A stretch of DNA of 63,913 bases, filler included, from Octopus bimaculoides (GCF_001194135.2; 6 parts of 5 records of this genome joined end to end with filler, not necessarily neighbours in it), one strand, 5' to 3'. Numbered from the whole stretch's first letter, positions 37,033 to 50,513 are shown. The notes: generated by a model from the sequence alone, not told the origin. Numbers and translations are program-made.

Positions 37033-37064
<32 letters not shown>

Positions 37065-37491
37065 CATGTGTGTGTGCATGTATGCATATATATATATATA
37101 TATATACATGTTGTGTGCACCTATATATTGCAAGAGACCTATCTACCTGTAGTGTTTATTTGTATGTATCTGGATGTGTGTGTGTGTGTGTGAATATTTG
37201 TTGTGTCCACACCTGCTTTATTTTATATCATTCTCATGTAATTTCTTCATTTCTTTCTGATTTCAGAGTTCCATGTCTCTAAGATGTGTTTCGGATTTGT
37301 CAAATAAGACAAGCAGAGTTATGAGCCCTTCTACTATTACAGATAAGATTAGCATTCATAAATGTTTCCCACTATAATCAAATATCATCGTTATCGTCAT
37401 CGTCATCATCATCATCATCATCACCATCTTCAAAACCATTACAATTCCTTTTTGCATTGTCCCCACCATTAATGAGATATTGGATCTTTGA

Positions 37492-37548
<57 letters not shown>

Positions 37549-37887
37549 ATTATTCAGACATATAAGGAAGAAAAATTGTAAAAGAAATAAACAAAACAAT
37601 GATATTATCACAAAAGGAGAATAAAAAAAAAAGTGCAAGAAAAGAGTTCTTTGAAAACATAATCCAATTTCAAATATTCTCAGTACGAATAAATATAATC
37701 TTTGATGCAGGTTTAAAAGAAAATAATTTAAAAATGAGTATGGATAAAACAAACAGTAGCGTACATATATATTGAAAGTCACACCTCCTCTGCTCACAGA
37801 TCTTGAGCTAACTGAAATATGCAGCAAATACAGACAATTACACTTGCTTAAAATTATGAAGGTCTAACATAATGAGATTTAATAAAT

Positions 37888-37938
<51 letters not shown>

Positions 37939-38038
37939 NNNNNNNNNNNNNNNNNNNNNNNNNNNNNNNNNNNNNNNNNNNNTTAATTAATTAANNNNNN
38001 NNNNNNNNNNNNNNNNNNNNNNNNNNNNNNNNNNNNNN

Positions 38039-38215
38039 AACATCGCTTAACAACTGATGCTGGTGTGTTTACGTCCCCGTAACTTAGCGGTTGAGAAAAA
38101 GTGGCCGATTGAATAAGTACTAGGCTTGCAAAGAATAATTCCTGGTGTCGAATCTCTCGACAAATTGTGCTGATCCGGCATGGCCACAGTCAAATGACTG
38201 AAACAAGTAAAACAG
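38039..38215 (+). mobile_element. SINE body/3' fragment (5' part lost in a gap)
   Basis: tgatgctggtgtgtttacgtccccgtaacttagcgg...gcatggccacagtcaaatgactgaaacaagtaaaa; recognised from memory of cephalopod SINEs only. Confidence 0.5.
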
Positions 38216-38571
38216 TATATAACGCATAAGACAATAAAAACGCAGAACATATGCACATGGTTGTGCATATATGCATGTTCGTGTGTGCGTGTGTGCTTGA
38301 AAACCGCTTGGCAAAATATCTTAGCAAACATTTGTAGACGAAATAAAGATATTTTTTGTATACAATCATATCACATAAGATACTGCTGAAATTTAAAAAC
38401 ATATTTACGCTAAATACTTAAGAAGCACACACCTTCACTATATGCAGATACACGTCATACTGTGATTACATTTATGTATGGAGAATAATATTTGCATTCA
38501 TGTATATATAAATACACACACACAGAAACACAGACACACACACAGAAACACACACGCACACACACACACAT

Positions 38572-38617
<46 letters not shown>

Positions 38618-39513
38618 NNNNNNNNNNNNNNNNNNNNNNNNNNNNNNNNNNNNNNNNNNNNNNNNNNNNNNNNNNNNNNNNNNNNNNNNNNNNNNNNNNN
38701 NNNNNNNNNNNNNNNNNNNNNNNNNNNNNNNNNNNNNNNNNNNNNNNNNNNNNNNNNNNNNNNNNNNNNNNNNNNNNNNNNNNNNNNNNNNNNNNNNNNN
38801 NNNNNNNNNNNNNNNNNNNNNNNNNNNNNNNNNNNNNNNNNNNNNNNNNNNNNNNNNNNNNNNNNNNNNNNNNNNNNNNNNNNNNNNNNNNNNNNNNNNN
38901 NNNNNNNNNNNNNNNNNNNNNNNNNNNNNNNNNNNNNNNNNNNNNNNNNNNNNNNNNNNNNNNNNNNNNNNNNNNNNNNNNNNNNNNNNNNNNNNNNNNN
39001 NNNNNNNNNNNNNNNNNNNNNNNNNNNNNNNNNNNNNNNNNNNNNNNNNNNNNNNNNNNNNNNNNNNNNNNNNNNNNNNNNNNNNNNNNNNNNNNNNNNN
39101 NNNNNNNNNNNNNNNNNNNNNNNNNNNNNNNNNNNNNNNNNNNNNNNNNNNNNNNNNNNNNNNNNNNNNNNNNNNNNNNNNNNNNNNNNNNNNNNNNNNN
39201 NNNNNNNNNNNNNNNNNNNNNNNNNNNNNNNNNNNNNNNNNNNNNNNNNNNNNNNNNNNNNNNNNNNNNNNNNNNNNNNNNNNNNNNNNNNNNNNNNNNN
39301 NNNNNNNNNNNNNNNNNNNNNNNNNNNNNNNNNNNNNNNNNNNNNNNNNNNNNNNNNNNNNNNNNNNNNNNNNNNNNNNNNNNNNNNNNNNNNNNNNNNN
39401 NNNNNNNNNNNNNNNNNNNNNNNNNNNNNNNNNNNNNNNNNNNNNNNNNNNNNNNNNNNNNNNNNNNNNNNNNNNNNNTATATATTAGTATGACGCTCGG
39501 GAATACGGAAAGT

Positions 39514-39548
39514 CTTTGACGTTTCGAGCTACGCTCTTCAACAGAAAG
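39514..39548 (-). ncRNA. Minimal type I hammerhead motif (core A6 to U)
   Basis: CTTT-CTGTTGA-A-GAGC[GTA]GCTC-GAAA-CGT-C-AAAG. Confidence 0.75.
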
Positions 39549-41196
39549 AATACGGAGACAAGGAGAAAAACACGGAGAAATATATATATATATATATAGC
39601 TTATGATCAGCATACATACAGATAAGCTTAGTTAGCGATAATCTTTCCTCAGGTAAGTTTAATGAATATTATTTTAATTAAACATTTATTAAAATGTGCG
39701 TAAAATTTCAGTCACGCAATCTAACGCAAATGCTGAACAGGGAAATTATTTCTGCATACATATATTCTAGAAACTTACGAGAAAAAGTAAATTTCGAATT
39801 TTATAAGTGAATTTCACATAATTAAACTTTAAAAAGCAAAATAAATATTAATGTTGCGCTACCTTAATTTTTTTTCTTATGAATCGTGATGCTCATTTTT
39901 TTGCCTGTATGCACTCGTTTAAGTTAGGGCATGTATACACACACTCACAATACGTACATATAATTGATGTACATATATACATAGATACACATAGTATATA
40001 TACCCATATATATCTCTGCCTACATCTCTTTCTCTACTGTCGACTTTTATCGATGTATATAATATGTAAACACACAAACATACACACACACACACTCGTA
40101 TGTTTGTGTCTATGTGTGTACATGTCTGTGCACGCCTGCGTACCAATATGGCTCTCAAACGCAAACATTTTGGGAGTGCCATTTTGTTAAGAAGAAAAGT
40201 CGGAACCGATTCAATTTCATATCATTCGTTATAATTAACCAGCAACCAAGAATTTAAACAATCGATTATTTAGCCGTTTGCTTGATCAATCACTCTATCA
40301 GTTGGTCTGAGAGATGGTTTGTGATAGTTCTACAGACGCATTTCATGACATATACAATGTCCCTGTTGATCCAACGAGGACATGTAAGATTTGAAGTGAA
40401 CTTTGGTGAGGAAACTATCTGTTTGTTCGATTGACTAAGGTAAAAGTATGGACATCATTTAACAAGTTTACGGAATATGCAGCCAAAAATGTTAAAATGA
40501 AATCAAACCAAAGCGAACTTATGTGCGTGTCTGTTTGCGGCAAAATTTATATTTCTAAGATGAAGTATCATCTTTCACATCGGGAGTGCCGTCTGGTATT
40601 GCACATTTCAATAACTCGGTTTACAGTTTATATAGAACATTTTGTTTCTTTGATTAAATAAATATCATTTTCATTCCTTTACATTATGTGAATCTGGGAT
40701 TTGCATGGATTCTTTTTCTCTTACTGTGTGTGTGTGTGCGTGAATAGACGAAATAAGGATAAAAGCTGCGCATTTCGTCATTATAGTTATTTTGTGCCCT
40801 GCAATAGTTGTCCCGTTAACATTTAGACGCTGAACGATAACTGATCATAACAGAAAACCATATTGCGTTCAGTTATTTACAAAGATGAGACATAATGAAT
40901 CTTATATGCGACTAGTCACACAAAAACCCATACAAAATATTTTGATGTGCTACAAAGTGTGTATTTAGTAGGTACCGTCCAGTTTTTGTACAAAACTTGT
41001 AAAGAGTTTCGCTCACACCTATATCGCCAGTGACTGCAAGGTGTATGGAATTATTGCATGTGTAGTTTTTAGTAGTTTCTACGGCTTATTTATAATACAG
41101 ATTTCTTACAAAGGAGAGCAAACATCAAAAATCAAAAATGCAAGGACGTGGTACATGTAATGTGTTATCAAACGCCCAGGAAAGGAAAGAAATAGG

Positions 41197-41231
41197 ATTT
41201 AACGTTTCGAGCAAAGCGCTTCATAAGAAAT
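41197..41231 (-). ncRNA. Minimal type I hammerhead motif (core G5 to U)
   Basis: ATTT-CTTATGA-A-GCGC[TTT]GCTC-GAAA-CGT-T-AAAT. Confidence 0.7.
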
Positions 41232-41534
41232 AGAGGAAAGTCAAAATGTATATGATGATATATCTTAAAAACTATTCTACCTTGTATTTCTTCTCTGTAT
41301 ACTGTATATACGCCAAAACCCCTGTTCTTAAAGCCTGCTGAAATATCGTATGCATATCACTATATCGATGATTAAAACAATTATATTATAAAGATAGTTT
41401 ATGTGTGCGTGGATATATACTTGTAATTTTTGTGTATCAATGACGTGAAAATATCCTCCCAATCTTATTTTCTATGAATGACTTTGAAAGATGCTTTGAC
41501 AGAGAGAGAGAGAGACAGACAGACAGAGATAGAA

Positions 41535-41649
41535 AGCTTTGGGTGTTTTCGCACAATAAACACTCACAACGCCCGGTCTGGGAATCGAAACTGCGATCCT
41601 CGGACAGCACATCCGCTGCGCTAACCACTGGGCCATTGCGCCTCCACTT
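41535..41649 (-). mobile_element. tRNA-derived SINE head
   Basis: A box TGGCCCAGTGG, B box GTTTCGATTCCC, then gaccgggcgttgtgagtgtttattg. Confidence 0.8.
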
Positions 41650-42771
41650 CTATAATTATAAACTGATGATATCAGTAGTATTACACTATCTCGTATATCT
41701 TATTTCTTTTTATCATCACATCTGACTATATGAAAAATATATGTATTGGTATTGTTATTATGCCCATCCATCTATCATAGTTAATAAATATATTAGAAAC
41801 TTATGTTAGTGACGAGAAGATGAATATAAAATCACAAAAGTCTTTCACTGTATCGATTATAAAGCAGCAGGAAGGAAAACACATTTCTGAATGCTTTTTT
41901 GCCGTTGATATTAGAGAATGTACTTTTAAAGCCAACATTGTCTTCGAACGAATTACGTATTAAATGCTCTAAACTACAGAACACTTCTAACTCTTTATTA
42001 ATAAATTCAATTAACCAAAGAGATTGTTTCTCTTTCTAAAAACGCATCAATATTCGCATATTATACATCGTATATCCGCTAATAACACACCGTGCTGTTC
42101 TTAATTTCGTTTCACGCACCTAATTACTGTAAATAGCATTTACCTCCGTTCTCCCGTTTCTTTTAATATGCAGTGATTTTATTTTATTAGTCAGTACAAT
42201 CAGGTCTCGCCTAGGTACAACTTCGTAGCATTTCATGAATAAATTAACTCGTGAAATATATATTTCCCAGGCCGTGGATAATGCAATCAGAATGCAGGTT
42301 CACTTAATTCAGATACTGAAGATATAATATCAATAATGAAGATACTCTTTCTTTAGTATTATTCATTACCATAATCTTACAAGTTCAGTAGGTAAGCCGT
42401 TACTCGCAAGGTTTATGTATTATGCTCTCATTATTGTTATCGATGCTGATGTAGTACGCCCTGGAATACTCTTGTTACCCTTCCTCCACGTAAAACTCAG
42501 TTTATATATATATATATATATATGATAAATAAAGAGTGCATTTGTATCCGGCTGGTAATCATTTACATTACAGATTAGAAGGCTTGGTGCAACATGATTT
42601 GATGTGCCTTGCTCAATAAAATACTGTTGTTTTTTTTGCAAGAATTTACCATAAACACTGCGCTACGCGGCACCTTCAAACAGACAATTAGGGAGCTGGT
42701 ATTTCAAATACAATCCAATTTGAATTGCATTGAATTGAATAAACTAGTAACTCAATCAACTGATACAGTAT

Positions 42772-43070
42772 TAGTTGTATGCTGTCAACTTAATGTGACA
42801 GCTGGATGAAAGGAATAATACTACTGTTATTTAGCCTTAGGAAGCAGCACCGCTTCCTATCAGCCTTGACACATTTCCTGTGTCCTTATATTTACAAGAG
42901 GACACAACAAATGTGTCAAGGCCAACAGGAAGCGGTACTGCTTCCTAGGGCTAAATAGCCGTAGTATTATTCCCTTCATGGAACTGTCATATTAATTTGA
43001 CAGCACGTAACTACTTTATCGTATCACTACTGTATAAATCTCTCTTAGAGATTTAGAAATGTATTATTTC
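42772..43070. repeat. Fold-back copy of the HHR module (HHR itself absent)
   Basis: ~115-bp arms 42772-42886 and 42899-43013; homologous to 19890-20065. Confidence 0.85.
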
Positions 43071-43714
43071 TGATTCAGTATTGTTATGCATTCAACTGAA
43101 CCCAATCATTTCACGAAATACCGACAGTAATAACATGCTGCGAACTTATTTGTAGTGTGGTAATAATAATTATACAAAGTTTTTCAATAGTTGCCTTATC
43201 AGAATCTTGTGTTTGAAAAGATGCACACGCTTCTAAGCCAAATATTCAGCTGGGAATACTTTTTGCTTATGTTAGTTGATATTTGATTTCTCCTTAAGCT
43301 AATCTCTATATCTATATCTTAATTTTTCATTACATTTCGTTCCAATTGTGTTCTTGTTGGAAGATTTATGGGTTGTTAACTTCGTATGATAAATGAACGC
43401 ACATTATAAATTTAATTTTTATGCTTTATTTATAGACAAGTATCTATTCACCACATGTCATACTTTATAGCAAAAATGTTAGGTAGTTTTATATAAATAT
43501 TTTACTCATACAAGATCTTCAGATGTCTGAGAGAATGAATTACGTATCATTAAACAGGAGGCTTTATTTGAATGCTTGCAAAACATCGGACTCCATTAAA
43601 ATTCCCCAAGATTCGAGGTGCTGTTGTTAGTCGGACAAAATGTTACGTGAGAGACTGATATATGCCATGCTAGAAATGAATTCATTTTAAAAAAATGTAC
43701 CAGATATTCGGTAT

Positions 43715-43800
43715 GAAATCGTAAGATTTCCGCTAATTCATCGCTCGGTATTGATACTTTTTTCATATATTCAACTTGGAATCGCTATAGACAAATTTGA
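43715..43800 (+). repeat. Unclassified dispersed repeat, second copy at ~46735-46825
   Basis: cgtaagatttccgctaattcatcgctc...aacttggaatcgctatagacaaatttga shared by both loci. Confidence 0.55.
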
Positions 43801-45946
43801 TATGGGAGTGTTTCAACTCAGATGGCGAAGGATAGTATAAATATGCTTGAAATAGTATTGAGTATATAACACTTATATATGGCGCTTATAACAGTATCGG
43901 ATATATGACGCGTAACAAGCTTCTGAAACAAAGCGTGGATCGATTGGTTGTAAATTTATAAATATTTAAACTGCTTAGCCAAAGGACATTTATTGAATGA
44001 AATTGTGCTGTTTTCAGACTCGGAGAGGTTACATATAATTTCCTGCATAGCATTAACAAAAATAGGAGAGCGGCTGCCAGAATACTTCATCGTATTTATT
44101 CCACTTCTCTACATTCTGTGTTCTAATCACGTCGAGGCCATTTCCTTTTCCGTTCTGCTTGAACAACTTCTATCACGGTCCCGTTCTCGAGCGATTCTTC
44201 TCTTTTAGTTTGTCTCATTCTCAATTTCTCTCTGCAGATTACACCTCTAATTAAAATGGCCATCGTTTTTACTTTGTCGTTCGCTGACTCAGTCTCACAA
44301 ATAATTTAATGGAATGCTCAGCTTCAAACACATTAATGTCACGAGTAGAAATTTAATTGGTCAAACAATGGAACGCTCTTCGTCGGGACTGCCAAAACAA
44401 TATACCGCCGCAAATAATATATCCCAGATCGTTTCACCGTAATCTGTAATTTTCTGCAGGACTGCTATCGAGAATGAAAACGCCCTTTTAATATGCAATG
44501 CTCCAGATATGATAAATACTCTTAGTGTAATGTTTAGTACTTCCCTTTGAAGTTATACCAATAACAGAAAGTTGTATTTATTCTACTTCATCCTCGATTT
44601 TATTCTACAAGTCAACAACAGCATGTGTAGATGCGTGTGTGTGTGTGTGTGTGTATAAATTGTCAGTAATTGTCATTACAGTTATTTCCTTGTTATTCAG
44701 CTTCAATTATGCACCGTTGATGTAATCACTTCGGCAATCTAATTTTACACGCATAAGTGACAATGTTTTAATTTAGCATATAGGTACTTGGTAAACTACA
44801 CAACAATTAAAAGAAAACTAGTTACATTTGTAACACATTCTTACTAAGTGTGTACGTCATTAACATTTCGATTTTTTAACGCTGATAAAAATTAAATTTA
44901 TTACACAATATATATGTATGCTGCTAGATTGTTATGTGTTTGCATGTACTTGATGTAACTCAATGATGAGATTTCTGTGTCATTAATGTGAATATATATT
45001 CGAACATTTGTACCTGAAATTTTATTTGCAGTATATTTTGTTTTGCTTTTGTTCACAACTTCTCACATGATGTTAGATTTGAAACTATAATTCGAACTGT
45101 TTTCTCATTTATTCTGGTATATAACGATACCTTTAATACAAGAAAATAATGGAGAATACTCTTCAAATTGTTATATTATCGAAATACTGTGCAGTATCAA
45201 AAGGTCACCATGAAATTTAGAATATTCATTCATATATATCACATGTATCAAAATTACTATATAAAGCATAAATCGCGAATGATACTTGAGAACGTAGAAG
45301 TCTTAATTTACACATTATAGTAGAATATGTTCAAGAACTGAAGTCTTGGAAGATCACATGTGAATCAATTGCTTGTTACTCTTGAAAAAAGTAGCATGAT
45401 GAATGGATGGGGTTGCTTCCCCTAGCTTTTAACAGACATTTATTTCAATGCTGCTAAAATATTTAAACACCAAATATACTCAAGCGACAGCAGAAGACTG
45501 GGCGGTACAAACTTTTCTACCGTAATCTTATCGATTACAAATTGTTTTGCAGCATAACGTTAAAGAATTAAAATAAAATTGATTGGTGATTAACTCTGAA
45601 ATAACACCACACCATACAAATAGGATTGCATTTGTCCAAAGGTTATCAATAATGGAACAGAAAATAGATTTTCTTGAACACATAACTTAAATTTTAATGG
45701 CTAGAGAGATATAGAAGAAGTCATGTAAGCGCCTGTTCAGGCTAGCTTTGTCAAATAAGGAGAATAAATATTAATTTTTTCGTAATACCTGGCATATGGC
45801 TCAACAATTTGTAGCAGAATGAACTTCACTAAAAAAAAAGAGCAGTCAGTGGAGTTTAAACGGGAGAGGCAATAAGCGTACATTCGAAAACTAGAAGTAT
45901 TCAGTCATATATATATATATATATATATCGTTATAGTATCCATTTT

Positions 45947-46262
45947 ACAGTTCTATATTTAAGAGATGAGGAATTATTTACATTATTTACATTTGACGAA
46001 TATTTGTCCTTATCTTCTTTGATGTTAACACAACGTTTCGCCTGATACTTCCTACAGCCTTCATCAGGTTTCTTCTTCAGGGGAAATTTTGAAAATGGAT
46101 TCTCATTCCGAAGATATTTTTAGATAATATTATTATTATTATTATTATTATTACTATTATTATTATTATTATTATTATCATTATTATTATTCAGGTCACT
46201 TCCTGGAATCGAACTCGGAATCTTGGGTTTAGTACCCTGCTCTCTTAAGCACTACGCCATAT
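45947..46262 (-). mobile_element. tRNA-headed SINE containing a hammerhead ribozyme
   Basis: A box TGGCGTAGTGC, B box GAGTTCGATTCC, internal (AAT)n, body, HHR, tail ending tatagaactgt; homologous to 54401-54662. Confidence 0.85.
46027..46072 (-). ncRNA. Minimal type I hammerhead ribozyme, intact core
   Basis: GAAAC-CTGATGA-A-GGCTG[TAGGAAGTAT]CAGGC-GAAA-CGT-T-GTGTT; one mismatch each in stems I and II. Confidence 0.8.
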
Positions 46263-46395
46263 CAGAATGAGAACCAAGGTTCGAAAATTTGACCAAGACA
46301 TTTGATGAAGGCTGGAGGGTATATCAGCTGAAACGTTTTGTTAACAACAAAAAAGATGAGCACAATTATCCATCAAATGTAAATAATGTAAATAT
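46263..46395 (+). mobile_element. Inverted partial copy (3' half) of the HHR-SINE abutting its 5' end
   Basis: gaatgagaaccaaggttcgaaa...aaatgtaaataatgtaaata mirrors 45975-46110. Confidence 0.85.
46297..46342 (+). ncRNA. Minimal type I hammerhead motif (core C3 to U)
   Basis: GACAT-TTGATGA-A-GGCTG[GAGGGTATAT]CAGCT-GAAA-CGT-T-TTGTT. Confidence 0.7.
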
Positions 46396-46542
46396 TATCC
46401 ATTTTGTTTAAAACGAATTATAGGACACGGTGTTGTAGTAAATGACACTTCGAAAGTAGGGAACTCATGAGCATGTAGTTTGTAAAATTAATTTTGTAAA
46501 TCCACAGAAACAACTGATATTTTGCTTTAGTGTAAGGATCTA

Positions 46543-46669
46543 CAGTGTGTCCACAAAGTCTGGCTACGTGGAGTTAATAACATTTTAACATAAACAATTA
46601 AATATAAGAAATAATAGTTTCTTAAAGCATTTTTTAATCCTCGTGTACCCTGACTTTGTGGACACCCAG
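46543..46669. mobile_element. 127-bp Tc1/mariner-type MITE
   Basis: TIRs CAGTGTGTCCACAAAGTC / GACTTTGTGGACACCCAG, TA on both sides. Confidence 0.85.
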
Positions 46670-46825
46670 TATAGTTAGATTAAACATTATGAGTAATATT
46701 TGAGAATTTTAAGGTATCGAGTGTGCAAAATCGTTCGCAAGCCGTAAGATTTCCGATAATTCACCGCTCTCTATTGACATTTTTCTTTATATATGTAACT
46801 TGGAATGGCTATATACAAATTTGAC

Positions 46826-46975
46826 TTAGCGGCATTTCGGACGTCTATACGTCCTGATTTCAAATTCCGTCGAGATCGACTTTGCCTTTCTTCATTTCCG
46901 GAATGGTGAAATATGTTCCAGTTGAAGACTGGTTCGATTTAATCGACTTACCCCCTACACCGACCGTGCTGGCTT
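46826..46975 (+). mobile_element. Degenerate SINE family A copy
   Basis: cttagcggcatttc..tttcaaattccgtcgagatcgactttgccttt. Confidence 0.65.
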
Positions 46976-47669
46976 TGAGGATGTGAACTTTGTACTGAAA
47001 ATACAGGAATATGAAAATTATCCTCTACTGCGAGTACAAATCACCACGAGACTCAAAGTTTCACATTCTTCAAATCTAAATCCTGAACTATCCTGAAGAT
47101 AGATAATTTTGAATATCAGTTGTACCGGTTATGTAATATAGTCAGTAAAGTGTGAAGCAATGATAATATATATTCTTTCAATATCTTAACTCATTATTCT
47201 ATCTATTTTTTTCGATCATCAGAAAATTGAAAACTCCTAAATTGGATAATGCGATACTTTTTTCGTATCATATTTTCCTTCCTTTTACTCGTTTACATCT
47301 TGTTTCATTATAATGCGCAAGAAGTAAGATAAGCATATCATAGAACAAACATCAAATAATTATTTGGAAGTATGAAACATGATTCCATTTAATTGCTTTC
47401 TAGAAAGGAAGTACAGCTCGTGTATATTAATATTATCTGTTAACATACATAGAATTTTAAAATGTAAACAAAAACAGACATAAATTTTAGTTTAATACCT
47501 TGTATATGTTCCAAAGAATTTGTTTAAAGTATGTTGCATCACGTGGATAAGCTTATTTATTGGCGCATTATACGTTTTTATACAAGAGAAACTCACAAAT
47601 CAAGCTGAAAAGCTACTGATTGTAAGAGACTATGAAAAAGCGGAAGTTAAGATAAAAAGAATGAGCTTA

Positions 47670-49080
47670 ATTTAGACTTCAAAGAGTTCAGGAAATAAAG
47701 AATAGAAAAACAATGGGCTGGAAGAGAGTTCGAAAAATCTGGCACTTCTCGGAGAAAGTTACCAGCGTAGAAAGACATCGTTATTTATGGAAACAACAGT
47801 ATTAGGATGAAGATGGCGTGAGTTTCGAGTCAGGCAATATGACCTAGAGTGATATGGAACTAAGAGACAAAGGTCATCAGAGCACTCCGGTGGCAATAAC
47901 GATAAAAAAAAGGCTACAACTTCTGACGTCACGATGATCTGACAAACGTTGTAGGATTGAAACAAGAGAGGAACCTGTCAAATTACAGACTTACTTCTAA
48001 ACCCATCAAATAGATCCAAGTGACAACGTGGTGCACCTGTTCAGATATGAAACAACACAGTTACGGGTGTGATGTAGTCCTAGTCCTTTGAACTATACAA
48101 TCACCCAGCCTTACGTGAAGGAGGCCATCCAGTTGGTTCTAAGTAAGATTCTCAAGAAATATCAAGTGAGAAAGTAAGAAGAATTTCCAAAGAAGAATTT
48201 CCAAAGAAGACCATTCCTCAAGTCGTTTAACTATCATGTGATACCTAAACTATCATGTGATACCTAAAATCTAAAACTTACATAAATGTAAGGAAGTTAG
48301 GGATTTCGCTGCCTACCGAAGGACATGAGTTTGATTTTTCCAAGGATGAAAATTACTACCATCTTCTGCCCCTTTTCGTAACAGCCTGTAGATTCATCTC
48401 AAGACTAGCAGAAAATTCCAACCGTTTGAATTAAGAGCGATTGCCAGAAACACCGGATTAAAAACTAATGTCATTAATACAAATGTTGATGAATTAAAGA
48501 ACATTGACTGGGAACTCGCTGAGGTAGTAGAGAAATACAGTTGGACCAAGATTTTTGGGGAACTCCGGCATTCATAGAATGCTAAAAAGATGTAAATCCG
48601 TCCAGAGACACATGCACAGAATGACCAGAAAAAAAGACATGATAACCTTAAACAACTTTCTACATACACCATAGACAGAGAGTCAATGGATAAAGTAGCA
48701 TGCTAAACCCTATTGAATGTTTTGGCTATATCCAGAGCTACAACACGACCTTCCCCTGATTTATCTATCAGTCGGTAGTTGAGGTCTCTAGTAACAGTCA
48801 GTAAATAAGTAGCAGAACGTGAGATACAGAAGCCATACCGAACACCGAGTCCTAAGCTTTCAAGAAACTCGACCAACCTGCTGTTGAGCTGTTCAAAGAC
48901 CTTGATGTGAACCGATCAAGGACCAACAGGACGATATTTGTAAGAGTTTCAACGCCCTCCATCGTTCTTAAAAATAAGAGCAATGTCAGCAACCTGACAT
49001 ATGCACATTGCCAATCATTTACCGATGGATAAAATTGTATTGTTATGGCTGTACTTAGTAACATCTCGTTGGAAGTCACA
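47670..49080 (-). mobile_element. Decayed CR1/Jockey-group LINE, RT and 3' region
   Basis: Minus strand reads FKNDGGR*NSYKYRPV..KVFEQLNSRLVEFLE..RYGF..RS..GRVVALDIAKTFNRV*HA..SVYGV..SLDG..MNAGVPQ. Confidence 0.8.
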
Positions 49081-49304
49081 CATATTCCCTCTTCCTCTCT
49101 CAGTTATCTTATCATGGTTTATTTTAAAATAATAATATTTCTTAACTTTGTGAGCTGGGATACACACCGTTAAACATTGATGCAATACACGATTTATGAA
49201 AGATTGCTTTATATTTTAAAGTACTATCGAAAAGAAAAATCTGAAAATTATGATTCAATAATACCAGCCTATTTGATATTCTCACTCTTCCATGGAGAGA
49301 TGTA

Positions 49305-49372
<68 letters not shown>

Positions 49373-50055
49373 TTGTTATACTCGGGATTGCTCCAATCTG
49401 GCTGGTCCCAAGGAAACACTAAGCTAAGAGCATTAGCTTCCTTGTAAGGAAGTAGCGAATGTATACGTAAACAAGGACGGAAAAAAACGGAGAAATAGTA
49501 CACAAATACAAATGCAAATAACAGGACATAACAACAGGTGTCTTTCGACTAAGGACAAATTAGATTAAGCTGGCGTGTATGGAAGTAAAGCCTTACGGCA
49601 AGAACATAGGGGATTACAAGCATGGTAAGGAATACAGATGTTGCGCCGACGACAGTCGAACCAAGAAAGAAAAGTCAGGCTTGGCCGTACACCGGTCACG
49701 TGGAGAGAGAGGAGAGAGGTTGAGGCAGAAGGACAGAAAAATTAGGGAGGGACGAGAAAAAAGAAAAGGAACAGAGTGAAGTGAAAGAGGAGGGAAGGGA
49801 GAATGAAGAGAAAACCAAGAAGTGTGAGAGAGTGAGAGAGGGGGAACGAAGGAAAGAAGAGTGGAAAGAACGAAGTGCGCTCTTGAGAGAATATGATATC
49901 GAATACAGAAAATCACCATGTGAGGTATATAAGTTCTACTGTTCGTGTTGGCTCTGAAGATGGAGTTCATCTTAAAAATTACTACAGACGGGCACACACA
50001 TATACAATCACAAATATAACATACACACAGAAACACACACACACACATACATGTA

Positions 50056-50094
<39 letters not shown>

Positions 50095-50474
50095 NNNNNN
50101 NNNNNNNNNNNNNNNNNNNNNNNNNNNNNNNNNNNNNNNNNNNNNNNNNNNNNNNNNNNNNNNNNNNNNNNNNNNNNNNNNNNNNNNNNNNNNNNNNNNN
50201 NNNNNNNNNNNNNNNNNNNNNNNNNNNNNNNNNNNNNNNNNNNNNNNNNNNNNNNNNNNNNNNNNNNNNNNNNNNNNNNNNNNNNNNNNNNNNNNNNNNN
50301 NNNNNNNNNNNNNNNNNNNNNNNNNNNNNNNNNNNNNNNNNNNNNNNNNNNNNNNNNNNNNNNNNNNNNNNNNNNNNNNNNNNNNNNNNNNNNNNNNNNN
50401 NNNNNNNNNNNNNNNNNNNNNNNNNNNNNNNNNNNNNNNNNNNNNNNNNNNNNNNNNNNNNNNNNNNNNNNNNN

Positions 50475-50513
<39 letters not shown>

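Noticed and set aside
49525-49980. HHR-like words (agtcgaaagacac on minus ~49540; ctgaagatggag at 49954)
   Set aside because: Core and stems cannot be assembled into a hammerhead; at most relics
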